A stretch of 64,000 nt of DNA from Bacteriovoracia bacterium (GTDB taxonomy: Bacteria > Bdellovibrionota > Bacteriovoracia > Bacteriovoracales > Bacteriovoracaceae): the NCBI GenBank assembly GCA_030431635.1, contig JAUIIL010000010.1, forward strand, positions 19,093-83,092, written 5' to 3'. Below, piece after piece: positions 46,980-54,821 of the stretch (the stretch's first letter is position 1; every line of letters starts with the position of its first letter). The notes under the pieces were generated by a model. That model was not told the origin of the DNA. It saw only the letters and a program-made list of their open reading frames with translations, and ran no database searches. The translations under genes and the position numbers were made by a program.

Positions 46980-48512
46980 ATGAAAACAATATTACTTTTA
47001 TTTTTAGTAGTAACAAATTTCTCCTTGGCCTTCTCTGCTTGTGACCCCGCTAAAGCGGCCATAGGCATCGGACTTGAAGAGTGTATTGAAGAAGGTAGAG
47101 CAAGAGACCTCGGCTCAGTTGAAGTCACGGCAGATGCAGGATGTAACATACCAACTTCAAAACTTGTTATTGAGGCGGCCCAAAAATATACAACAGAAAC
47201 TAAAGGGTGGAATCAAACCAGAGAGCCTTTTGGCCCAACGGCCATAGGTATTCCTCAAGTTGCTTGTACATGGAATGGAGGCTCAGCTCTCGATTACGGA
47301 AGCTGTGCTGGACTTGTTGATACTTATAACGCTGCTTTTGCGAGTGAGCAGGTTCTTAATCTTGCTAGTGAAGCTCAGAAGGTTTCTGCTCAAAGAGATG
47401 CGACGACACAAATTTCTAATCCCGCAAACATTCAAACCTCATCTATTGATGCCACTAAAACTGTTGTTGATACTCAAAAAAGTATTGAAAGGCAAAAAGA
47501 GTATACTTTCATGACGATTGCTGCTGGCCTTGGAGCTCAAATTGCGACCTGGAGAACTGGGGCATGGTGGTTTGATAAAGATAATTGTGAGTCACCTGAT
47601 GGCTTTAATAATGCTGAAACTTGTGAAGCTCTAAGAGCTTGTGAGGCAGAAGCAAGTGTTGTGAGAGCTCTTTTTCCAAACACTCAAATAAGAGGATTTT
47701 TTGTCGCTCAAGCAACAGAGTATGCAGGAAAGGCAGCTATGCATGGTGTTTTAGCTGGTCAGTACAAAAAACAATCTGGAGCGCTTAGTGCTGCCAAGAA
47801 AGAAATTTATGATTTTCAAGATAAAGTTGATGACGCTGCTTCTGGGTTTATCAACTGCCAAACGAATCCATCTCTACAAGAGTGCGTTTCTAATTATGGA
47901 CAAATAGATCATGCTGGTGGAGGCGGAATTGACTTCGGTGGTCTTGGTGATACTGGAGGCAATATTGATTTTGATCCAGAAGATACAGGAGATGATACTG
48001 GTTCAGATGACTATCTTGTTGATAGTGGACTTAGTGATGAAGATAAAAGTTTAATTGGAGAAGGGCTGATTGATTTAAGTGAGAAGTCAGCGAGCACTCC
48101 GAAAGATATTGCTCCTGCAGCTGCTCAGTTTCAACTCACTGGTGGTTCTGGTGGTGGCGCTGGCGGCGGTGGTGGAGCCGGAGCTGGTGGCGGTGGTGCT
48201 CCTAGTTTGAGTGATACTCCTGGAGAAGCTCAAAACTCTGAGGGACAAAAAAGTCTTATCTCTTCTAAATCAAGACTTGGTTACACAGCTGGTGGTCCGT
48301 CTTCACTAGGAGGTAGAAATCCAGCGAGTAAACCAAAAAACCCTCTAGATGGATTGTTCGGAGGCAAAAAGAAAGAGAGCAAAGGTGGAGTGAACGTTGA
48401 TAGAACAATGGCCTCAGAAGTTGCTCCTGCGGCAAGTGGTCTTTTCAAAAAAATATCAAAGAGGTATGGTAAAGCAGTTGAATCAAAAAGAATTGAGCAA
48501 GAAAAATTTTAG
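46980..48512 (+). CDS. Secreted (possibly lipo-) protein with Gly-rich tract and C-terminal LFKKISKRY tail
   Basis: 510 aa. LAFSAC is lipobox-like. Contains a hydrophobic segment YTFMTIAAGLGAQIATW, GGSGGGAGGGGGAGAGGGGAP, and GLFKKISKRY (48441-48467 covers LFKKISKRY). Confidence 0.6.
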   Translation: MKTILLLFLVVTNFSLAFSACDPAKAAIGIGLEECIEEGRARDLGSVEVTADAGCNIPTSKLVIEAAQKYTTETKGWNQTREPFGPTAIGIPQVACTWNGGSALDYGSCAGLVDTYNAAFASEQVLNLASEAQKVSAQRDATTQISNPANIQTSSIDATKTVVDTQKSIERQKEYTFMTIAAGLGAQIATWRTGAWWFDKDNCESPDGFNNAETCEALRACEAEASVVRALFPNTQIRGFFVAQATEYAGKAAMHGVLAGQYKKQSGALSAAKKEIYDFQDKVDDAASGFINCQTNPSLQECVSNYGQIDHAGGGGIDFGGLGDTGGNIDFDPEDTGDDTGSDDYLVDSGLSDEDKSLIGEGLIDLSEKSASTPKDIAPAAAQFQLTGGSGGGAGGGGGAGAGGGGAPSLSDTPGEAQNSEGQKSLISSKSRLGYTAGGPSSLGGRNPASKPKNPLDGLFGGKKKESKGGVNVDRTMASEVAPAASGLFKKISKRYGKAVESKRIEQEKF

Positions 48513-48524
48513 GAACAAACTGCG

Positions 48525-48932
48525 ATGATGGGAAAAAAATTTGAGACCTCTTATCAGATCAAAGAATTTCATTTAGATACTTTTGGACATGTTAACCATG
48601 CTACCTATTTGCAAATCCTTGAAGACGTAAGGTGGGACATTATTGGAGAAAACGGATTTTCTTTAGAGAATATTCAAAAAGAAAAAAAAGGCCCAATCAT
48701 TCTTGATTATCAAATTAAATATAAAAGAGAGCTTGTTAACAGAGAAGAAGTTCGAATCGAAACTTGGCTGGACTCAGTCGTTAAGAAGTTTATGATACTC
48801 AAGCAGGTCATCTATAAACTAGATGGAGAAGTCTCTGCAGAAGCTCAAATGACTGTCGGCTATTTTGATATGAACGAAAGAAAGCTACTCTCTCCAACGA
48901 AAGAGTGGCTACAGGCTATTGGCCACGAGTGA
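48525..48932 (+). CDS. Acyl-CoA thioesterase, 4HBT/YbgC hotdog family
   Basis: IKEFHLDTFGHVNHATYLQILEDVRW is the typical YbgC-type N-terminal motif. 135 aa. Confidence 0.75.
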   Translation: MMGKKFETSYQIKEFHLDTFGHVNHATYLQILEDVRWDIIGENGFSLENIQKEKKGPIILDYQIKYKRELVNREEVRIETWLDSVVKKFMILKQVIYKLDGEVSAEAQMTVGYFDMNERKLLSPTKEWLQAIGHE

Positions 48933-49698
48933 GAACAGCAGTCTGTTTTTGTTGGGCCACTTTTTCTTCAGGCTGAGAAGTTTCTTGGGCCCTTTTATCA
49001 ATGACACTAAATAGTTTATTGATATTCTTTGATGTGTTATTAAAAAATCTCGATGTAACCATACTTTTATTAAGTAACCAATGATCAGTTTTTGAAGTAT
49101 AGCGATAGGTTAAAAGAGTTTTATTCGGAGCGATTTCCTTAAGTGTAAAAACACTATAAGTATCAATGAAAGCTGACTCTCTCTCTTTTGCGGGCTTTCC
49201 TAAGTACTGACTGGCTTCTTCATCAGTTAACATATCAACGGTGAAAGTCACAACAAGTTGACCTTTATTTTTTATCTCTCTCTCAGTTATGAGATCGTAG
49301 TGGTTATAATAATTGCGGTTATAAATTCTTCTTGAGAGAAGATATTCATTCACTTTAAAAGGTTCACTTTTTAGGTTCTTTAGTTCTGTTATTTTAGTTG
49401 ATTCAATGAGGCTATTATTTTCTTGTAGGCAAGGTTTATCTTTAGGACGGATTTCTCTTAGATCTTTGTGCTCATTATTGCAGCGGTTTTCAAAATCTCC
49501 TACGACTTTTCTTAAAAGAGCAATCGGGTGATTAAATTCTTGCTCAATAACTCCTTCATAGACTCTTACATCATCTTTTCGACCAGTCGCTAAACTAACA
49601 TTTTCAATAGTTGTTCTTTTGTTGATTTCATAACCTTCGAGGAGGTTGAAAGCTTGGGCCCCGCCGATGCAGAGAAAGAGAAGAAAAAATTGAGTCAT
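48916..49698 (-). CDS. Hypothetical secreted protein
   Basis: Signal peptide MTQFFLLFLCIGGAQA. 260 aa. Overlaps the upstream small ORF by 4 nt. Confidence 0.45.
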   Translation of the reverse strand: MTQFFLLFLCIGGAQAFNLLEGYEINKRTTIENVSLATGRKDDVRVYEGVIEQEFNHPIALLRKVVGDFENRCNNEHKDLREIRPKDKPCLQENNSLIESTKITELKNLKSEPFKVNEYLLSRRIYNRNYYNHYDLITEREIKNKGQLVVTFTVDMLTDEEASQYLGKPAKERESAFIDTYSVFTLKEIAPNKTLLTYRYTSKTDHWLLNKSMVTSRFFNNTSKNINKLFSVIDKRAQETSQPEEKVAQQKQTAVLTRGQ

Positions 49699-49883
49699 AA
49701 AAGTCCTATTTTTTTATCAAGTGGCCTATTTAGTTTATTGTATTCTTCAATAGTCTGCATGACGCTTTTTGTAGAAGCCTTTTTTGCCTCAGTACGAACG
49801 TTCGCAGGAGCTCTTTCAAAGAAGTGCTCACTAAGAAGTGAACTCAATAAAAGTAGACCTAAAAGAACAATTTTTTTCTTCAT
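49695..49883 (-). CDS. Small hypothetical secreted protein
   Basis: 62 aa with signal peptide MKKKIVLLGLLLLSSLLS. Its 4-nt overlap with the downstream gene suggests translational coupling. Confidence 0.35.
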   Translation of the reverse strand: MKKKIVLLGLLLLSSLLSEHFFERAPANVRTEAKKASTKSVMQTIEEYNKLNRPLDKKIGLL

Positions 49884-50004
49884 ATCTTATTGATTATCCA
49901 AAAATGGTGCCATTGAAGAAAAGGTAAATAATTGAAATTTCAATACCTACTAATACTTGATGTTTGAGATTGGTCGATAGTGTTTAAGAACTAAGCGAAT
50001 AAAA

Positions 50005-50388
50005 CTAACGATTAAAACTTTGCTGGCCCTTTCCTCGGTTTTTCCCTCGAGTGGCCTGTTCTTTAACTTGTTCTAGAGTATGAGTTGGACCGTAGTAGCG
50101 TCTGTACTGATTATTTCTTGCGAAGTTACTTTGGTGAGTAACTCTAAATTGGTCGTGAATTTTTTCTTTATCTGCGCAATTGACGCAAATCCACTCAGCA
50201 TCAATTAAGGGCATTCTATGTTTGAAGCGCTCAACATCAGGTTGAGTGCAATCGCAGACTTCACAATAGTCTCTGTGCTCTTGGTGTTTCTCACTATTTT
50301 TTTTCTCTTTTTTAGGTTTGAAAGCTCTCTCATTTTGAGCTTTGCTTGATTTTAACCCTGCTTTAAGTAGAGCATTTTTTAAAGACAT
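50005..50388 (-). CDS. Basic zinc-ribbon protein (2x CxxC), N-terminus resembles DUF2058/YaiL-type proteins
   Basis: MSLKNALLKAGLKSSKAQNE... followed by YCEVCDC...WICVNCADKE. 127 aa, Lys/Arg-rich. Confidence 0.45.
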   Translation of the reverse strand: MSLKNALLKAGLKSSKAQNERAFKPKKEKKNSEKHQEHRDYCEVCDCTQPDVERFKHRMPLIDAEWICVNCADKEKIHDQFRVTHQSNFARNNQYRRYYGPTHTLEQVKEQATRGKNRGKGQQSFNR

Positions 50389-50576
50389 TTTTTACTCCTG
50401 CATCTTTTTAATGAGCACTGTAATTTATCCGACATTGAATGTACCACAACTAGGGAGAAATTTCATTATTTCTCATTTGGGCATGAAAGAGTTCTCTTAT
50501 GCCTTTTTTTGTGTCAGTATCAACCAGACCAAACGAGGAAACGTTGTAATTTTAATAGGTTAGGTGTTTTGCTGGT

Positions 50577-53024
50577 ATGAAGTTAATGACAGTTATTTCT
50601 AGGCGTTTTGTTCTCTTCCTTTTTTTCCTTCTTTGTATTGTTAAGAGCTCGCTTGCCCAAGAGATTTCTTGGGAAGAAGTGAGGAGTTGTTTAAATTTTC
50701 TTAGCTCTCCAGAAACAGTTGATTTTAGTCTTAGAGACTACGAACAAAAGCTCTTCTCATTTTGTCCAGGTTTTCAGAGAAACTTCGAGCATTTTTCTAA
50801 CCCTCGGTATATTAAAAAAGTAATTAATGAAAAAAGAGAGTATCAAGTTCTACTCGATCTTTATTTTTTTACTTTCAAGAATAGAAATCTTTTATCAAAA
50901 GTTTATCCTCAAACAGTTTATGAAGAAATGTACGAACAGAGTAGTTATAACCATGAGAGTTACAGAAGAAACTTTGTAACGAGAGATGGTTATATTGCTC
51001 ATACGGAAGAGGCCAAATATCCTGAGAATAGAGAAATAGTTGATAAAGCAAAAAGTCGTTTAGGGATAATAAGAAGAGATATTCATGACGAAAAGGCTTT
51101 GTTAAAGGCTTCAATTCTTACTGAACTAGAGAGGTTAGAAAATATTCACTTTGTATCCCAAACGAAGGGTTGTGTTTATTTCTTACTTTCTTCCTATGAT
51201 TATTCAAAAAGAACAAAACTGGGTGCCCCTCTTGAGTTTTATATTGAGGGTATAAAAAGTTCTTGTGGCGAGTATAGCTCCTTTATGAAAAGCTTTGACA
51301 GCTTATCAGATGTAAAGAAGCGCTATTTTCAAAAGCATCCAGATGAGAGAGTACTCTTTGATCTTTACTCTTTCAGTGTTGAGAATTTATCCCAATTAAA
51401 AAAAATAGAAGATAAGGGTTATGTAAGGCTGCATCCAGAACTAAAAGAGCAAGTTTCAATGATCGATAAGTTAAAGAGAGTTTTAGCTCTAGAATCCTTT
51501 GGATATAATATTAAGACTGCAAATATTAATAGATTTTTAGAAAACTTTGAAAGAATTCAAGAGAGAAGACGAAGTATAAAGTCTCATTTTGTGAGAGAAC
51601 AAGATTCTATAAAGTCTAATTTCATTCAATTTTGTTATAAAATAACTTTTGAAGAAGAGGAAGTTTATTCTTTATTTCAACAGCTAAAAGAGAAGAAGTA
51701 TGGGAAAGATAAATCTTTTAATTATGAAGAAGTTATTCGAATCCTACGTGTAAGATTAAAAAGCCGATGCTTTAATAACGATTTTATCGCTGAAATTAAT
51801 GAAAAAATAAATTTGTATGAAAAAGAATTTTGGGAATACTCACAAGAGAGAGCACTTAGGGAGATGAAAAGCGAAGTGTCCAAAGGGGAGTGGAACCAAT
51901 TTTTAGAGGAGGAATATAATAAGTACTCCAAAAAACTTAATTCAGATTTTTTACCTGAGATTGTCGTGAGAAATTTAAAGCAAAAGTCTTATCATGTAAA
52001 ACTAAACCAAATAAGCGCATATTTTGATTTTGTTTCAAATTTTCATTCCATTCCAAACTATCTTGTAAATAAGTACAACGAATTTTATCAAAAAATATAT
52101 TCAAGTGAGGGTAATGTTGAGCATTGGAATTCTAAGGGGCGTATAAACGCACTTCAAAGACGAGAGAGTTGCTACGATATTAAAAATGATGATGAACCTT
52201 TTTATGAAAAAGAGGAAGAACAAGGGAATGTTAGTTGGTGTGGATCGTACGCTGTTTCCGATTTGCTCTCCCAAAAAGCAGAGCAAAGAGTCTCTATTCT
52301 AGATATCGCACATCTCTTTTATGAGAGGGTGGGAGGACTTGCCCAAAGACTTTTTAATTTATCAGAAAGTTTTTTTACTGAGGATTTTCCTTCTTATAGT
52401 CGAATTCTTCTTTCTCAAGTGAGAAAACATGGTGTTTGCCTTGAAAAAGATCTTCCTTTTGATGAAGCAGATCTTCCGGGTTTAATGAGAAATGTAGAAG
52501 GAATTCAGGAGCGTTTTCAAGAAGAAAATTCTCAATTAGAAATATCAGAAAAAGAATATAAGTCAATTCATTCTGTTTTTGTTCATTTAAAAAAAGAAGA
52601 AGTCATTAATATTATCAAGGGAAGCAAAAAATATAATGTTTTTGATAGTCTTATTGAAGAGAATTGTCGTGGAAGAAGAGTGCAGCTTGACTTTGATATT
52701 CATCAAGAAATTTTTCTCTTCCCTTCTTATTTTAAAAAGAAGAGACAATCTCTAGATGAACAGCTCAATCAAGGGCGAATTATTTTAGCTGGAATTACAA
52801 GAACAGAATTCCTTCAGGAGCCATATAAGAGAAGAACGATTCCTGAACATTACCTAAACATTGTGGGAAGGCGCTTTAATAAGAAAAAAAATCGTTGTGA
52901 ATATCTAATTAAAAACTCTTATAAGGGATGCCTTGGAAAAGACAATGAATGCCAAGGATTTCATACATGGCTTCCAGAAGCTGACCTTGGGAAAATTTTA
53001 TTTGAAACTTCATCAATTAAATAA
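50577..53024 (+). CDS. Large secreted protein with internal repeats and C-terminal papain-fold peptidase-like domain
   Basis: 815 aa with a signal peptide. The repeated module is YQVLLDLYFFTFKNRNLLSKV and ERVLFDLYSFSVENLSQLKKI. The C-terminal NVSWCGSYAVSDLLSQ ... EHYLNIVGRRFNKKKNRCEYLIKNSYKG parallels the Cys/His/Asn context of the 29929 gene. Confidence 0.55.
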   Translation: MKLMTVISRRFVLFLFFLLCIVKSSLAQEISWEEVRSCLNFLSSPETVDFSLRDYEQKLFSFCPGFQRNFEHFSNPRYIKKVINEKREYQVLLDLYFFTFKNRNLLSKVYPQTVYEEMYEQSSYNHESYRRNFVTRDGYIAHTEEAKYPENREIVDKAKSRLGIIRRDIHDEKALLKASILTELERLENIHFVSQTKGCVYFLLSSYDYSKRTKLGAPLEFYIEGIKSSCGEYSSFMKSFDSLSDVKKRYFQKHPDERVLFDLYSFSVENLSQLKKIEDKGYVRLHPELKEQVSMIDKLKRVLALESFGYNIKTANINRFLENFERIQERRRSIKSHFVREQDSIKSNFIQFCYKITFEEEEVYSLFQQLKEKKYGKDKSFNYEEVIRILRVRLKSRCFNNDFIAEINEKINLYEKEFWEYSQERALREMKSEVSKGEWNQFLEEEYNKYSKKLNSDFLPEIVVRNLKQKSYHVKLNQISAYFDFVSNFHSIPNYLVNKYNEFYQKIYSSEGNVEHWNSKGRINALQRRESCYDIKNDDEPFYEKEEEQGNVSWCGSYAVSDLLSQKAEQRVSILDIAHLFYERVGGLAQRLFNLSESFFTEDFPSYSRILLSQVRKHGVCLEKDLPFDEADLPGLMRNVEGIQERFQEENSQLEISEKEYKSIHSVFVHLKKEEVINIIKGSKKYNVFDSLIEENCRGRRVQLDFDIHQEIFLFPSYFKKKRQSLDEQLNQGRIILAGITRTEFLQEPYKRRTIPEHYLNIVGRRFNKKKNRCEYLIKNSYKGCLGKDNECQGFHTWLPEADLGKILFETSSIK

Positions 53025-53041
53025 GGGCCCATTGGGCCCTT
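53023..53041. terminator. Palindromic hairpin between convergent genes (possible bidirectional terminator)
   Basis: AAGGGCC (53023-53029) pairs with GGCCCTT (35-41 of the same line, i.e. 53035-53041). There is no strong T-run on either side. Confidence 0.4.
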
Positions 53042-53047
53042 ACCTTA

Positions 53048-53878
53048 TTAATACCTATAACCACTATCGTAATATTCGTAAGAATACTTTCTAAAATCAA
53101 ACAAATCATCCCTGTATGTTTCAGCACAAAAATAGCGATAGTCTCCTTCCCAAGAATTCATACGCTCCCTCTGATAGGCACATAAATCATACCCTCTATT
53201 GCAAGTGTAATCCCACCATGTTTGTTCAACTCGATGAGTGTATTTATCAACAAGTTGATAATGACAGCGATCGAAAGAAGAGTAACGGTGACGATAGCCA
53301 TTGAAGACATAATAAGGATAACCATCTAAGTAATAGTATCCATTATAAAGCTTCGTGACAGGCCATAAGAGCCAGTGAACATAGATATATTTTTGATAAT
53401 TTCGATTAACATAAACATAGTAATCTCTGTAAGTTTGGTACCTAAGAGTATGGTTTGGAAGGCGATCATAAATACGGTGTTGATAATTTCTGTTATAGGC
53501 CCAAGTTTGATTGCCGTAGGGACGATGATAGTAGCGTGTATTGTAGTTAGAGCGAGTTGGATTACTATATCCTGTTCTAGGTGCTGGAGTTGGTCTCGTT
53601 GTTGGACTTCTTCTTGGACTTGATGAAGGACTACCTCTTTCTCCTGTTCTAGGTGCAGAACGAGGAGCAGACCTTGGCGCAGGAGCTGGTCTCGTTGTTG
53701 GACTTCTTCTTGGCGTTGAACGAGATGGAGGAGAGCTTCTTGTGCTTCTGCCTTGTCCTGAACTTCTAGAGCGCGATGAAGAACGACCAGAAGAACCTCT
53801 TCTTTGGGCGAATGTCTCTGTAATAAAACTAAAAGAGATAACTAGTAATAGCAAAAGATGATTAGCTTGAATCTTCAT
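53048..53878 (-). CDS. Secreted Arg/Ser/Pro-repeat plus tyrosine-rich protein
   Basis: Signal peptide MKIQANHLLLLLVISFSFITETFA. The RS/P-rich region contains a duplicated SPRRSPTTRP(A/T)PAPR. I hand-counted 39 Tyr in the C-terminal ~175 aa. Confidence 0.6.
   Translation of the reverse strand: MKIQANHLLLLLVISFSFITETFAQRRGSSGRSSSRSRSSGQGRSTRSSPPSRSTPRRSPTTRPAPAPRSAPRSAPRTGERGSPSSSPRRSPTTRPTPAPRTGYSNPTRSNYNTRYYHRPYGNQTWAYNRNYQHRIYDRLPNHTLRYQTYRDYYVYVNRNYQKYIYVHWLLWPVTKLYNGYYYLDGYPYYVFNGYRHRYSSFDRCHYQLVDKYTHRVEQTWWDYTCNRGYDLCAYQRERMNSWEGDYRYFCAETYRDDLFDFRKYSYEYYDSGYRY
53586..53713. repeat. In-frame 32-nt near-identical duplication inside the Tyr-rich protein gene
   Basis: 53586-53617 (GGAGTTGGTCTCGTTGTTGGACTTCTTCTTGG) and 53682-53713 (GGAGCTGGTCTCGTTGTTGGACTTCTTCTTGG) differ at 1 position and are offset by 96 nt (32 codons). 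Confidence 0.9.
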
Positions 53879-53974
53879 ATACTTCTCCCGTATTGTTTTT
53901 CACTAACTCCTAAAGCATACAAAAAGACTTGGACTATTTAGAGAAAATAAATGTGACAATAAGAGGAAAGAGGC

Positions 53975-54119
53975 CAGTGTCAAAATGCCACTTGTGACTT
54001 AGGCATTGAATTTATTAGGTATTTCTCTCTTCGTGAAGAAAAAGAAAAAAGGAAAAAAAAGTTTTTCGATTTCTTCTTACAAGAATGTGAGAGGAAGATA
54101 TTTTTTCAGTGTCAAAATG
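53975..54119. repeat. Two exact copies of 13-mer CAGTGTCAAAATG in one intergenic region
   Basis: The copies lie at 53975-53987 and 54107-54119. The reverse complement CATTTTGACACTG contains the sigma-70 -35 consensus TTGACA, oriented toward the minus-strand Tyr-rich gene. Confidence 0.85.
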
Positions 54120-54122
54120 ATA

Positions 54123-54821
54123 CTAAAAAGGAGCTGGAGAAATATTTTTTACATACTGCTGGTAAAGAGTCTGTGCTTTTTCAAGCAAAATCTCTTTAAA
54201 ATGGATAGGGGATTTCTCTAAATTTTCTATAAAAACATCGATGGTATAGCTCTCCAGTAAAAACTCAGAAACAGGAGCGTAGCTTAGATGCCATTTCTCA
54301 GGTTGTACTCCGCCAAGATATTTTTCATAAGGTCTAAAAAAACCAAAACTCTCTGCATTATTAATACGATCATCTAACCATTGATGAAATTCTCCCATTG
54401 GGCCTTCAGGGGCCACTTCCTGTGGTGTTAGTTCAACAGATTTATGCTCAAGAACATTTCCATCAAAGACATCAATATCACTTCCCCAATGATGCCTAGA
54501 AGCACCAGGAATGGCAGACCACTTCATAATACTTTGAACAATCTCCTGTGAACTTAGCTCTGAAAACTCCAATTGGTTTCCATTCTCATCAAGAAGAGTT
54601 CTTCTTCCTTGTGCTTTGTCATTCCAAATTTGAAGTTGTTTTTCAAAAGAGCGGTAAGCACTTATGACTTGCAGATCGAATCCATCTTTTTTGGCAGCCA
54701 TTTTAAGCTTAGCAAAATCAGGAATCAGATCTTGATGAACAAGTTTTGTACTTGGAAGTAAAGACTGTAAGTGTGCTTGGCTTCTTCCTGTGAGTAATTC
54801 AAATCCAGTTTCTTTTTTCAT
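54123..54821 (-). CDS. M15-family (VanY/LdcB-like) D,D- or L,D-carboxypeptidase
   Basis: ISAYRSFEKQLQIW, SRHHWGSDIDV and PEKWHLSY match the M15B zinc-ligand motifs. No signal peptide is seen. Confidence 0.8.
   Translation of the reverse strand: MKKETGFELLTGRSQAHLQSLLPSTKLVHQDLIPDFAKLKMAAKKDGFDLQVISAYRSFEKQLQIWNDKAQGRRTLLDENGNQLEFSELSSQEIVQSIMKWSAIPGASRHHWGSDIDVFDGNVLEHKSVELTPQEVAPEGPMGEFHQWLDDRINNAESFGFFRPYEKYLGGVQPEKWHLSYAPVSEFLLESYTIDVFIENLEKSPIHFKEILLEKAQTLYQQYVKNISPAPF

Noticed and set aside
47900-48200. Gly-rich segments of the 510-aa protein (GGIDFGGLGDTGGNIDF, GGSGGGAGGGGGAGAGGGG) as RTX nonapeptide repeats or a T1SS substrate.
   Set aside because: The segments do not follow the GGxGxDxUx register or periodicity, and no T1SS ABC/MFP genes are adjacent.
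49654-49893. 79-aa plus-strand ORF overlapping the 62-aa minus-strand ORF.
   Set aside because: The minus-strand ORF has a clear signal peptide and a 4-nt coupling overlap with the downstream gene. The plus-strand ORF has neither.
54006-54221. 71-aa plus-strand ORF in the spacer downstream of the M15 gene.
   Set aside because: Its Lys-rich translation comes from A-tracts, it has no SD, and it overlaps the 3' end of the well-supported M15 gene. It is judged spurious.
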